DNA from: a virus
Taxonomy: Duplodnaviria > Caudoviricetes
Strand: one strand, 5' to 3'
Virus record (IMG/VR): IMGVR_UViG_3300043485_000019
Coordinates: 1 to 49,057 of that record
Length of the DNA: 49,057 bases
Below are positions 18,250 to 26,733 of the stretch, in pieces (position 1 is the first letter of the stretch; each line of letters begins with the position of its first letter). The notes beneath the pieces are model-generated. The model made no database searches, was not told the origin of the DNA, and saw only the letters and a program-made list of their open reading frames with translations. Position numbers and translations under genes: made by a program.

Positions 18250-19530
18250 TTAGGCTGTGCCCCCAATGAAGTATTTGAGAGCGCCGGTCGTATCGATCAG
18301 GTTTCCGTCCGCACGCAGAAGCGCGCGGTAGGTGATCACGTCGGCGTTGAACGCGTAGTCGTCGCTGCGCTCGAAGCGGATCCCGTTGACCCAGCGGACG
18401 AAGTACTGGCTGAAGTCGCCGAACAGGACCGACTTCCCGGCAGTGGCTTCGGCCGGCATGTTCGGATCCTGATGCACCGGCTTGGACAGGATCGTGTCCG
18501 GAGCGCCAACCTGGACGCTCGGCTCCCAGATGTAGTTGCCCTGGGTGGACTTCAGTTTGCGGACGTTGCCGATGGTCGCGTCCTTCATCAGCCAGCCACA
18601 GGAAGGCGAGTTCCGGTACGGGTAGATGACGCTGTAGAACAGCGAGATCAGGTCGTCCGCCGTGAACGCGCCAATGAAGCCGTCCGTACGACCGGTCGCG
18701 GTGTTCTGCGCAGCCACGGTGCCGCCGGTAACGCCGAGACTGGCCTGGGTGAGAGCGCCGGTCGGCTGGACGCCACCACCGGTACCGGTGACGGCGTGGA
18801 CGCCGAAGCCGTTACCCAGGGCGCGGCCGGCCTGCATCGACAGATAGCCCTCAAGGTCCACCGCGGTGTCCGTGGTGAGTTCACGGGCGACCTGGAGCAG
18901 GATGCCGTACTTGTAGGCGGACAGTGAGACCTGGCCGAACGCCGGCTCGGACTCGGTGATGCCGGCTCCCTGGGTGACGATGACGGCGGTCGAGTGCGCG
19001 GTCGTCTTCGGGATCTGGAGCTGCTCACCTGAGTTGGTGTTCAGCAACGTCGGGCCGGCCATCATCAGGCCGGAGTTCTCGATCAGGTGCGCGATCAACC
19101 GGTCGTAGAACGAGATCGGCACCGTGTAGCCGCCGGCCGAGTTGGTCGTGGTGACCAGCGGGGTGCGGTACTCGGCGAGAGTCTTGTGCTTGTCGGCCTT
19201 GAACTCGATCTCCCGGCCCATCTGGCCGTTGATCCACTTGCGCAGGTCGGATTCACCTTCGGGTGCCTGCGGCGCGGCGGTCTCAGGCTTGGCCAGTAGG
19301 CCGGCGAACGCGGCTTCCGAATCCTTGGCGCGCTTCTCGTCCTCGACGTATGCCTTGACTCGCTCGTCAATCTCACCCATACGCTTGGTGAGTTTGTCCC
19401 AGGTCTCCTTCTCTTCGGCGGTGAAATCGCGCTTCTCGTTGTCGGCGATGTCATTCAACGCCTTGGACTGCTCCCAGGCATTCAGACGCTCCTCCTGGAG
19501 CTTCTGGATGCGGGAAATCTCTTCGGACAT
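18250..19530 (-). CDS. HK97-family major capsid protein
   Basis: N-terminal delta coiled coil, AGGYTVP, LSAYKY, GTG..QP.G, GNYIW, LFGDFS.Y, R.DG. Confidence 0.95.
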   Translation of the reverse strand: MSEEISRIQKLQEERLNAWEQSKALNDIADNEKRDFTAEEKETWDKLTKRMGEIDERVKAYVEDEKRAKDSEAAFAGLLAKPETAAPQAPEGESDLRKWINGQMGREIEFKADKHKTLAEYRTPLVTTTNSAGGYTVPISFYDRLIAHLIENSGLMMAGPTLLNTNSGEQLQIPKTTAHSTAVIVTQGAGITESEPAFGQVSLSAYKYGILLQVARELTTDTAVDLEGYLSMQAGRALGNGFGVHAVTGTGGGVQPTGALTQASLGVTGGTVAAQNTATGRTDGFIGAFTADDLISLFYSVIYPYRNSPSCGWLMKDATIGNVRKLKSTQGNYIWEPSVQVGAPDTILSKPVHQDPNMPAEATAGKSVLFGDFSQYFVRWVNGIRFERSDDYAFNADVITYRALLRADGNLIDTTGALKYFIGGTA

Positions 19531-19605
19531 GTGCCCTCCAGGGCATGCGAAACAGCACCCAACCGGTCGGCGGGGCGCGGGTTGTGAGGTGGGTGTCGCC
19601 CGGCC

Positions 19606-20418
19606 TCAGAGGGTGTTGCGTAGGCGCAGCAATTCGAGCCGGCGCTTTCGTGCGGCGGTCGCGATCGAGTGGGTGTCGCCCGGCTCGGTCACTGGCGCGG
19701 TCTCGGGTTCCTTCACCTCAGGCGTTTCGGATGCCTGGCGGGCGAGGAATTCGGCGAGCTTGTCACCGTCGACCCTGATAGTTGTCGACATGCTGTCCGA
19801 TGACTTGATGTCGATGACCGTCGGCGGCTTCTTGATCAGCTCGGCGAGCTTGTTGGCCCGGATCGCCTCGGCGATCTCTTCCTCGGGGCGGGAAAGGTGC
19901 TCGGCGAGCGAACGCAGACCGCTTGAGGTGTCCATGTATGCCGGGTTCACCACGGGCGCCACGTCCAGAAGCTGGATCTCGGTGATGGTGCGCAACGGAA
20001 AGTCGGACTCGGTCACCGACCAGTCGTCGCCGTCGGGAAGGACACGAAAGGCGAACGAGGAATGCCGTACGTCGCCACGCTCGGCCAGGGCGGCGAGGTC
20101 GTGGGCGTAGGAGGTGTCCGGCAGGTCGACGGAGTAGTCCAGACCGGTGTCGTCACTGGCCAGCCGAAGGGTTCCCGCCGAGGTGCGGCCGAGCAGGTAG
20201 GAGTCCTCGTGCTGGAAGCGCGCGAGCACGTCGCCGCCGTCGGCGAGCGTCTTGTTGAGCGCTCCAGGGGCCACGCGCTCGACGAATCCGCCGAGATTCT
20301 GGCTCATCTTGTTGTATTTCAGCGCGTAGCCGCCGAGAACCTGCAAAGTCTTGCTGCCCTGGGTCCCATCGGCGCGCATTTGGACGAGACCGGCCGTCGT
20401 CCGTCGTTCGCTCGTCAT
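19606..20418 (-). CDS. HK97-family prohead protease
   Basis: GYA..YN..SQNLGGFVE.VAPGA, H...LLGRT.AGTLRL, RGDV..SSFAF, DVAPV..PAY. Confidence 0.93.
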   Translation of the reverse strand: MTSERRTTAGLVQMRADGTQGSKTLQVLGGYALKYNKMSQNLGGFVERVAPGALNKTLADGGDVLARFQHEDSYLLGRTSAGTLRLASDDTGLDYSVDLPDTSYAHDLAALAERGDVRHSSFAFRVLPDGDDWSVTESDFPLRTITEIQLLDVAPVVNPAYMDTSSGLRSLAEHLSRPEEEIAEAIRANKLAELIKKPPTVIDIKSSDSMSTTIRVDGDKLAEFLARQASETPEVKEPETAPVTEPGDTHSIATAARKRRLELLRLRNTL

Positions 20419-21599
20419 TGTGTGCCTCCGGAAGGCGGTGGTGGTGGCGGTACGGTCGGCGTCGGCAGCGTGGCGGCCGGCGCCGGCTCTGGGTAGACAT
20501 CGCCACCGGGAATCGGCGGCTTGTTCTCCTGCGTGCGGACCTCGTTGACGTTCATCCAGCGGTCCTGCAACGCGGTGTTGTAGGAGGAGAACCGTTGCGC
20601 CATGTCGGCGCGAATCATCGAGTCGAGGTTGAACCGGACGTACTGCTTTCCCGGCAGAAGCCCATAGAAGTGGTTCTCCAGCTTCACCAGCCACGGCCGA
20701 AGACAGGACATGGCGAAGTTGATCTGGTGCATCTCCTCGGTTTTGTACGTCAGCGACCCGACGGTGTCGCCGCCGATCATCTCCGGTGGAATCCCGTAGA
20801 TCGACGCCACCTGAGAAGCGGTCGCCTTCAGTGTCATGAGGAACTGGGACTCGTCCGCGGGAACGTTGATCTGGTCGAACGACATCCCGTTGGCCATCGT
20901 CACGATGTCGCGGTTCGCGGCAGCCGCCTTGAACTTCGCTTTTACCGTCGCGGCCTGCGTGTCCGTCAATGGGGTCGGTGTCGTGACCGTTCCGGCGGGG
21001 ATGGAGGAGTTGTTGAACCAGTCCCGGCCGAACTTCTGAGCCGACAGACCTGTCTGGATGGTCATCTGGTAGGCCCGGATCGGGGAGATTCCCAGGACCC
21101 GGCCAGGCATCACATAGGACGGGATGTGTACCAGCGAGAAGTTCTCGACCGTCCGACCCCTGACAAACCAGCGGATCGGATAGAAGATGTCGTCGTACTC
21201 CAACGTCACGTCGTTGGGGTGAATCCACTCGACCTGTAACGGGTAGCCGGTGTTGTCGTACGCCGTGATCAAACCGAAGGCGTTGCCGCGAAGGGTCAGC
21301 GACACCATCGCCCGGAAGACCCACTCGTAGATGGTGCCGAACTGCGACGGGTTCTTGAACAACGCGGCCGACTCGATCGGCTGGATCTCGGTGAGGTTCA
21401 CCTTCCGGTAGGACTCGATCGGTAGTGAGGCGACGGAATCCGCGAGCAGGCGGGTCGCCGCGAACACCGGGACCATCCGCAGTGAGTTCTCCAGGCTCAT
21501 TGTCGAGTCGGCCTGGTTCACGTCACCGGACGCCCACGAACCCCAGAAATCGGAATCGGTGATGACCCGCTGTTCCTGCCGGCGGAAGAACAGGCTCAC
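20415..21599 (-). CDS. HK97-family portal protein
   Basis: VFAA..LLADSVASLP, L.LRGNAF, GISPI, ESQFL, IYGIPP.MIG, NEVR..E..PP. Confidence 0.95.
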   Translation of the reverse strand: MSLFFRRQEQRVITDSDFWGSWASGDVNQADSTMSLENSLRMVPVFAATRLLADSVASLPIESYRKVNLTEIQPIESAALFKNPSQFGTIYEWVFRAMVSLTLRGNAFGLITAYDNTGYPLQVEWIHPNDVTLEYDDIFYPIRWFVRGRTVENFSLVHIPSYVMPGRVLGISPIRAYQMTIQTGLSAQKFGRDWFNNSSIPAGTVTTPTPLTDTQAATVKAKFKAAAANRDIVTMANGMSFDQINVPADESQFLMTLKATASQVASIYGIPPEMIGGDTVGSLTYKTEEMHQINFAMSCLRPWLVKLENHFYGLLPGKQYVRFNLDSMIRADMAQRFSSYNTALQDRWMNVNEVRTQENKPPIPGGDVYPEPAPAATLPTPTVPPPPPPSGGTQ

Positions 21600-21766
21600 G
21601 TCGGCGGCTCCGGTTTCGGCTTGACGGACGATCCGGAGATGGCCCACGACATGACCAGCAGCGCGATACCGCCGACCAGAAGCGCCGACGGCCACCACAC
21701 CACGACGCAGAAAGCGATGATCAGCGCGACGGCGAGGACTTCGAGGATGGTCGTCAGAATCGGCAT
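21596..21766 (-). CDS. Small membrane protein
   Basis: Two hydrophobic segments; strong GGAGGAGG RBS; between terminase and portal. Confidence 0.7.
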   Translation of the reverse strand: MPILTTILEVLAVALIIAFCVVVWWPSALLVGGIALLVMSWAISGSSVKPKPEPPT

Positions 21767-21777
21767 GACCCTCCTCC

Positions 21778-23355
21778 TCAATGCAGTCCGCCCATCAGGG
21801 CCTCGTTGTCGACGGCGCTGTTCTCGGCCCACCAGGCGGCGCGTTCCAGGCCCATCACCACACAGACGGCTGCGTCGATACGTCGGGTGGAGTGTTTGTG
21901 TTCCTTCGTCAGCCGCGCCCCCCGTGAGTCCTCGCGCAAAGATGCGTTGCTGACGTGACGCTTCAGTCGCGGATCGCCGGAATGTGTCGCGCGGTGGTGG
22001 GTGAACGCGTCGACGAACCGCTTCGTAGCCGGCGTCATCCGAGCCGGCGACTGGGGGAACTCCTCCATCGGGATTCCCTCGGCAAGCAGGATCTCCGCCG
22101 TTCGCTGCCAGCGGTACGGGTCGTAGGCGACCTCTCGCACGATCCAGCGTTTGCAGGCTGTGCGCACGGCCTCCTCGACATCCCCGATCGGGACCCGCCA
22201 CTCCTTGTTGGCGCGTTCGGGCATCTCCCACAGGCCAGCGAGGTCGACGTGAGGTTCCTCGGCGATCGTCGTGACCACCAGGGCGGTCGAGTCGCCGTTG
22301 AAGCTTCCGTCCAGGCTCAGTACGACCTCGGCGCCGTCCGGCACCTGTAGTCCGGTCTCACAGTCGTCCCAGACACCAGGCGGAAGCGCGGCCTCGGTAA
22401 CCGTCGTCCACTGACCGAGGTGGTAGCGGGCGAACTCGTACGCCGGCACCTGGTAGAAGCGGCCAACCACGTCGTGGACGTTGAGGAAGATGTCCGCGGC
22501 GGGGCTGGCGGCCCGGACGGCGGCACACAGCCGCTCGCGGATGACCTCGGGCCCGACGGGGTTCTTCGGATCGTCGGTGAACTGTGAGAGATCCCCGGCC
22601 CAACCCCACCAGACGAAGAGGAACTCCTCGTCCGCGATCTCGCCCGAGTTGACCTTGAGGCCGTACTCGTGCATCTTCCCGGCCATCGAGTCCAGGTCGG
22701 CGCCGGGAGTGGTCGTGTTGACGACCAGCGAACCCTCGCGCTTCGCGGTGCCGTTGGAGATCACCAGGTGCACCCGGGCCTTGTTGCCGAGCCACTCGTG
22801 GATCTCGTCCGCGAAGAACGCGCTCGGCCGCTGACCGTCGTTCGTCCCCGCCACGGCGGCGATCTTGTACGCCCGGCCCGGCCCGTTCTTGACCTGGATC
22901 TCAGCCTCGAACGGGTCCAACACCGCCTTGAGTCGCGGTGACTCCGTAGCGCAGGTCCGCAGATCCCCGAAGAGGAGCTCGGCCTGCTCGTAGCTCGCCG
23001 CGGCCACCGGGATGACCGCGGATGGTTGGTTGGCCAGCATGTACGCGGCAATCCATGCCGACAGCGGCGTTTTTCCGCAACCCTTTGGCACTTCCAGAAG
23101 GACCCTGCGGTACCGCCGCTTGCCGTTCGGCTTCAGCTCGAACACCCAGATCAGGAAGATCTTCTGGAACAGTTCCAGCTTCACCGGGAGACCGAACTTG
23201 TCGCCCTCGCCGTACACGCAGTTCTGTTCGATCCACCGGATGACCTTCGGGCCCTCGGACGGTGCGTCCGTCAGCGGAGGAGCCGAGAGTGGACGGGGGA
23301 CGCTCTCAGGCCAGCGCAGTACCGTCGATGATGGCGAGGCGAGGGTCGTCGTCAC
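21778..23355 (-). CDS. Terminase large subunit
   Basis: VPKGCGKT Walker A, AAASYEQA, ADEIHEW Walker B, LDGSFNGDST and RIDAAV nuclease motifs. Confidence 0.95.
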   Translation of the reverse strand: MTTTLASPSSTVLRWPESVPRPLSAPPLTDAPSEGPKVIRWIEQNCVYGEGDKFGLPVKLELFQKIFLIWVFELKPNGKRRYRRVLLEVPKGCGKTPLSAWIAAYMLANQPSAVIPVAAASYEQAELLFGDLRTCATESPRLKAVLDPFEAEIQVKNGPGRAYKIAAVAGTNDGQRPSAFFADEIHEWLGNKARVHLVISNGTAKREGSLVVNTTTPGADLDSMAGKMHEYGLKVNSGEIADEEFLFVWWGWAGDLSQFTDDPKNPVGPEVIRERLCAAVRAASPAADIFLNVHDVVGRFYQVPAYEFARYHLGQWTTVTEAALPPGVWDDCETGLQVPDGAEVVLSLDGSFNGDSTALVVTTIAEEPHVDLAGLWEMPERANKEWRVPIGDVEEAVRTACKRWIVREVAYDPYRWQRTAEILLAEGIPMEEFPQSPARMTPATKRFVDAFTHHRATHSGDPRLKRHVSNASLREDSRGARLTKEHKHSTRRIDAAVCVVMGLERAAWWAENSAVDNEALMGGLH

Positions 23356-23815
23356 CGTCGACCACCTCCGCGTCTCGGTTCAGGTCGGACAGCGAGCGGA
23401 CGGCGTCACCCTTGGCGATGCCCAGCTTCATGGCGTTCAACGCGCCGATACCGAGCTGCTGTTCGTAGCCGTTCGCGGAGGCCTGGGCGCGGTAGGCGAT
23501 CTTGTACAGCGGGTTCTCGACCTGCTGACCCTGCGAACCCTCCACGAGTGGCTCGTTATCGGCGGCCCTGACCGAGATGTGGTAGCGGTTCAGCTCACTG
23601 ACCCAGCGGGTGATGACCGACTTGTCTGCGGTTTCGGCGGCGTTGCTTCGGGAGTCCGACCAGTACGAGTACCAGGCTTCGACCGCTTCTTTTCCCAGGT
23701 CAGGAGGTGGATCGGGGAGTATCATGGAGACATGGGGCGCGACTTCCAGCGACTTGGTCACCCGGTTCTGCCGCTTGTCGGCGGGCTTGCGTTGCGCGGG
23801 CATTTCGGACATCAC
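23306..23815 (-). CDS. Terminase small subunit (P27-like)
   Basis: PDPPPDLG.EA..AW, GSQGQ.V.NPL, QLGI; start may be 23803. Confidence 0.85.
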   Translation of the reverse strand: MMSEMPAQRKPADKRQNRVTKSLEVAPHVSMILPDPPPDLGKEAVEAWYSYWSDSRSNAAETADKSVITRWVSELNRYHISVRAADNEPLVEGSQGQQVENPLYKIAYRAQASANGYEQQLGIGALNAMKLGIAKGDAVRSLSDLNRDAEVVDGDDDPRLAIIDGTALA

Positions 23816-23998
23816 CGCCAGTCACCGGTAGCCGGACCAAGATCAACAAAAACCACGGGGTCAGTGACCAAATGGAGCCCTGAAGGCTACGGAAAAAAAG
23901 CGGGCTAGATCGGGGTCATTTATGAGCGTTTTCGTCAAAGAATATGCGACATGTCCGGCCTGTCGCTTTTAATTCCATCGACCGAGCGTGACATCACG

Positions 23999-24304
23999 CT
24001 ACGTGACGGGCTGGCCGGCCTGCTCGTTGCATACACGGTGGGCTGGTAGTAGGGGTCCCGCCTTGTCGCGTGTGGGGTGGTGTGCCGTGTACGACATGGG
24101 GTGTGGTGCGTGTAGTGCGTAGTCGATGTCCCTGCCACACAGTGTGCAGGGCAGCTGCTGTGCGCGTAGGAGTGCGGCGCGTGCCTGGTGTTGGCTGCCG
24201 TAGCCGCGTTGCGTGGTGGACGCACGCTGCATGCGGTGCGTCTGCGTGTGTACGGGGCAGCGGGTACGGCCTCGGGTGGGGGTGCCGCAGTCTAGGCAGG
24301 GCAT
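23999..24304 (-). CDS. HNH endonuclease (packaging-associated)
   Basis: CLDCG..RCPVH, RGYG, C.LCG, TAHH, PAHRVCN; directly upstream of small terminase. Confidence 0.85.
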   Translation of the reverse strand: MPCLDCGTPTRGRTRCPVHTQTHRMQRASTTQRGYGSQHQARAALLRAQQLPCTLCGRDIDYALHAPHPMSYTAHHPTRDKAGPLLPAHRVCNEQAGQPVT

Positions 24305-24467
24305 GGGCTCGACCGTGGCGGGCTGTGCAGGGCTGGAGGATTCTCGGAAGAACGCCCGGCGGGGCTGGCCTGGCTGTAGTGCGGTGGTGTGTATGTGTAC
24401 GCCGGCGTCAGGAGTTTCGAGATCTCGCCTATCCCACCCATGAAGCCCCGCCCCGGATTCCTTGCCT

Positions 24468-24507
24468 CTAAACCCTTGACAGATGACTGGGGTTTAGCTA
24501 CTATAAT
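24468..24507 (+). promoter_or_regulatory. Sigma70/HrdB-type promoter with overlapping inverted-repeat operator
   Basis: TTGACA (24476-81) - 17 bp - TACTAT (24499-504); CTAAACCC/GGGTTTAG inverted repeat at 24468-75 and 24490-97. Confidence 0.8.
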
Positions 24508-24542
24508 CACAGGAAAGCAGCACAGCCCGACAGGAGTCAGAG

Positions 24543-24740
24543 ATGATGGTCACCGGCAGCCAGGTCCGCCACGACGACACTGGCGTCACCGGCACCGTGA
24601 CCACCGCCCCGGACAGGAGTGGCTACATCGAGTGGGTCGGTGACGACGGTGAGACCTACACCGACCACGTCTTCGACATGACCACGCTCAACCCACTGGC
24701 CGCGATCACCGCCAGCTTCTACGAGATCCACAACCGCTAA
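24543..24740 (+). CDS. Small hypothetical protein (SH3/KOW-like)
   Basis: AGGAG RBS; G..VRH..TG.TGTV pattern. Confidence 0.7.
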   Translation: MMVTGSQVRHDDTGVTGTVTTAPDRSGYIEWVGDDGETYTDHVFDMTTLNPLAAITASFYEIHNR

Positions 24741-24783
24741 CCGTTCCGCTTCGGCAACACCCCATCAATCTGAGGAGATCACC

Positions 24784-25014
24784 GTGAACGTCACCCACAC
24801 CCGCCGCGACCACAGTCTCGCGATCGTCGCCCTGCTGATCGTCATCGTCGGGACGGTCGGGTTCCTGTCCGGCCTGTTCTACGGCGGGACCGTCACCTTG
24901 AACACCGCCGGTACGTCGAAGGGCGTGTCGGTGTGTGCGGGTCCGGTGCAGGGTGGGGTGTATGTGAACACCGCCACCGGTGAGGTCGGAACGTTCGGCG
25001 GGTGTGACTTCTGA
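24784..25014 (+). CDS. Small membrane protein
   Basis: GAGGAG RBS; one TM helix. Confidence 0.65.
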   Translation: MNVTHTRRDHSLAIVALLIVIVGTVGFLSGLFYGGTVTLNTAGTSKGVSVCAGPVQGGVYVNTATGEVGTFGGCDF

Positions 25015-25190
25015 TGGCCGAGGTCGCGGCCGGTAGCGTCGCGATTGACCGCGACGGGAACGCCTGGCAGCAGTGCGAAACCGGCGATGGGTGGGTGATG
25101 GCTGGATCGGAAGAGGACTACTGCCGCAGCCTGGACGACCTGAATGCCGAACACGGACCGGTTCAGATTGTATGGAGCCCGACCCCGTAA
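25014..25190 (+). CDS. Small hypothetical protein (58 aa, absent from ORF track)
   Basis: MAEVAAGSVAIDRDGNAWQ...LNAEHGPVQIVWSPTP; TGATG overlap. Confidence 0.65.
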   Translation: MAEVAAGSVAIDRDGNAWQQCETGDGWVMAGSEEDYCRSLDDLNAEHGPVQIVWSPTP

Positions 25191-25220
25191 ACCCCTCCCG
25201 AAGATCCTAGAGGAGTCGAG

Positions 25221-25403
25221 ATGATCAACTCGTCAGTGAGCATCAAGAGCCGACAGGGTGAGGTCGTCGTGAACGGCGTCACGGGTCCCGATGAGATCCT
25301 GCTGGTCACGTGTGACTACGACAACGACAAGCGTGCGGTCGCTGACCTCTCGGTTGAGCAGGCGACCGCGTTGATCGAAGCCCTTCAGCAGATCATCGCC
25401 TGA
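25221..25403 (+). CDS. Small hypothetical protein
   Basis: GAGGAG RBS; LSVEQA..L..AL motif. Confidence 0.65.
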   Translation: MINSSVSIKSRQGEVVVNGVTGPDEILLVTCDYDNDKRAVADLSVEQATALIEALQQIIA

Positions 25404-25467
25404 GTCAGCGCTGGCGCCCGGTCCCGGCCGGGGCGCTCCCATAGGAGAGAGAGGAGGGGATGGCGGG

Positions 25468-25683
25468 ATGGCGAAGCGGACATTCCCCCGACTGGCGATG
25501 GCGGCCGAGATCCAGGAGATCACCGGACTGTCACGTCAGCGGGTGTTGGAGTTGTCCAAGACGGACTGGCGGTTCCCCGATCCGGTGGCGCGGTTGAAGG
25601 TCGGGGATGTCTACCTGTGGGACGAGATCGCGGCATACGCGGCCTTGCCGAGGAAGTCGGGTCGGCCGGCGTCACCTAAGTGA
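25468..25683 (+). CDS. AlpA/excisionase-like HTH DNA-binding protein
   Basis: AEIQEITGLSRQRV, FP.PVA.L..G.V, R..GRP. Confidence 0.75.
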   Translation: MAKRTFPRLAMAAEIQEITGLSRQRVLELSKTDWRFPDPVARLKVGDVYLWDEIAAYAALPRKSGRPASPK

Positions 25684-25901
25684 GAATCCCGACCATGGAC
25701 GACTCTCACTTACTTCGCGGCGAGGTCCGGCCACATCACGTACTGGTTGCCGCTCAGGATGTACGTCGGTTGCGGCTTGGGTTCGCGCTTGCGAAATGGC
25801 CACATATGTCTGCCCCTAGACGCACGCAGCCCCCGGACTGATGTCCGAGGCCTACAGAACTTGCATGTTGGCACGCATGCTCCGCCGGATCTGTCGGAAA
25901 G

Positions 25902-26258
25902 TCAACTTCCCGACATCGGGGCGTGTCGCGTTAACGACACGGCAGCCGGACAGTAGTCGAAGTCGTGCGGTGCACAACCGTGCTTGGCGTGCGTCACGAC
26001 GTACTCGATCACGAATCGCGGGTCGGCTGCCACTCGCAGCAGCTCCTTTGTCACAGCCATCGTGCCGAGCTTGTCGTTGTATGACCAGACGGTGACCGAG
26101 TCGCCCCTCTCATAACTCACCCAGTTGAGTACCTCGGGAGCACAGAAGCCGCGCTGGATGTCCGCGTCGGATTGACCAGGCATTAGCTTCTCACCACAGC
26201 TTGGACAGAAGCCTTCGGCTAGCGCGGCGAGGGGACTATGGATGACCCTCGACATCAA
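25902..26258 (-). CDS. Hypothetical Cys-containing protein
   Basis: CPSCG motif; overlap with the upstream gene. Confidence 0.55.
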   Translation of the reverse strand: MMSRVIHSPLAALAEGFCPSCGEKLMPGQSDADIQRGFCAPEVLNWVSYERGDSVTVWSYNDKLGTMAVTKELLRVAADPRFVIEYVVTHAKHGCAPHDFDYCPAAVSLTRHAPMSGS

Positions 26259-26443
26259 CGTTCTCCCTTCTCCTCTGCTGCCGCATACCGACCGCCGTGC
26301 ATGGCCAGATGCTTCGAGATGAACTCGTCAATCTCGCGTTCGTTCATCGGGTAGACGCTCGTCTTCAGCGTTCCGCACGTCGTGCAGTCGAACCTGACGA
26401 CCCGCAATGCCGTTATGAATGCCCCATCGGCGGCGGCAATCAT
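26255..26443 (-). CDS. Small Zn-finger-like protein
   Basis: CTTCG...H...H; GGAGG RBS. Confidence 0.55.
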   Translation of the reverse strand: MIAAADGAFITALRVVRFDCTTCGTLKTSVYPMNEREIDEFISKHLAMHGGRYAAAEEKGER

Positions 26444-26531
26444 CTGTCCTCCTCGGAGAGCAGGCTGAACGCTCCGGACGGAATTCGGCCTTCACGCAGT
26501 CTGCGGAGGACTTCCTTGCCGCGATCCTCGC

Positions 26532-26730
26532 TCATAACACCTCACTGACGATGTTGAGGCTGGTGATCATCACGCAGGCCGGCCAACGGCCCGGCTTCGT
26601 ACGGCCGGCGACGGTACGGTCCCGGCTCGCTCAGATCTACCAGCGGCACGGTGACGTAGCTGATGTGCTGGTCTGGGATGACGGGCCGTTGGCTCGTCCA
26701 GCCGACCGCGACGGTGATCGTGGCGGTCAC
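26532..26730 (-). pseudogene. Possibly frameshifted small gene
   Basis: Reading frame turns low-complexity mid-way while another frame reads CVMITSLNIVSEVL* into the next ATG. Confidence 0.3.
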
Positions 26731-26733
26731 CTG

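Noticed and set aside
19606-21324. 572-aa protease ORF and similar N-terminal extensions (13604-15001, 11927-12820)
   Set aside because: The extensions overlap upstream genes in another frame; true starts lie at stop/start overlaps.
25468-25683. Excisionase marking an integration module
   Set aside because: No integrase or att-like repeat nearby; more likely a cassette regulator.
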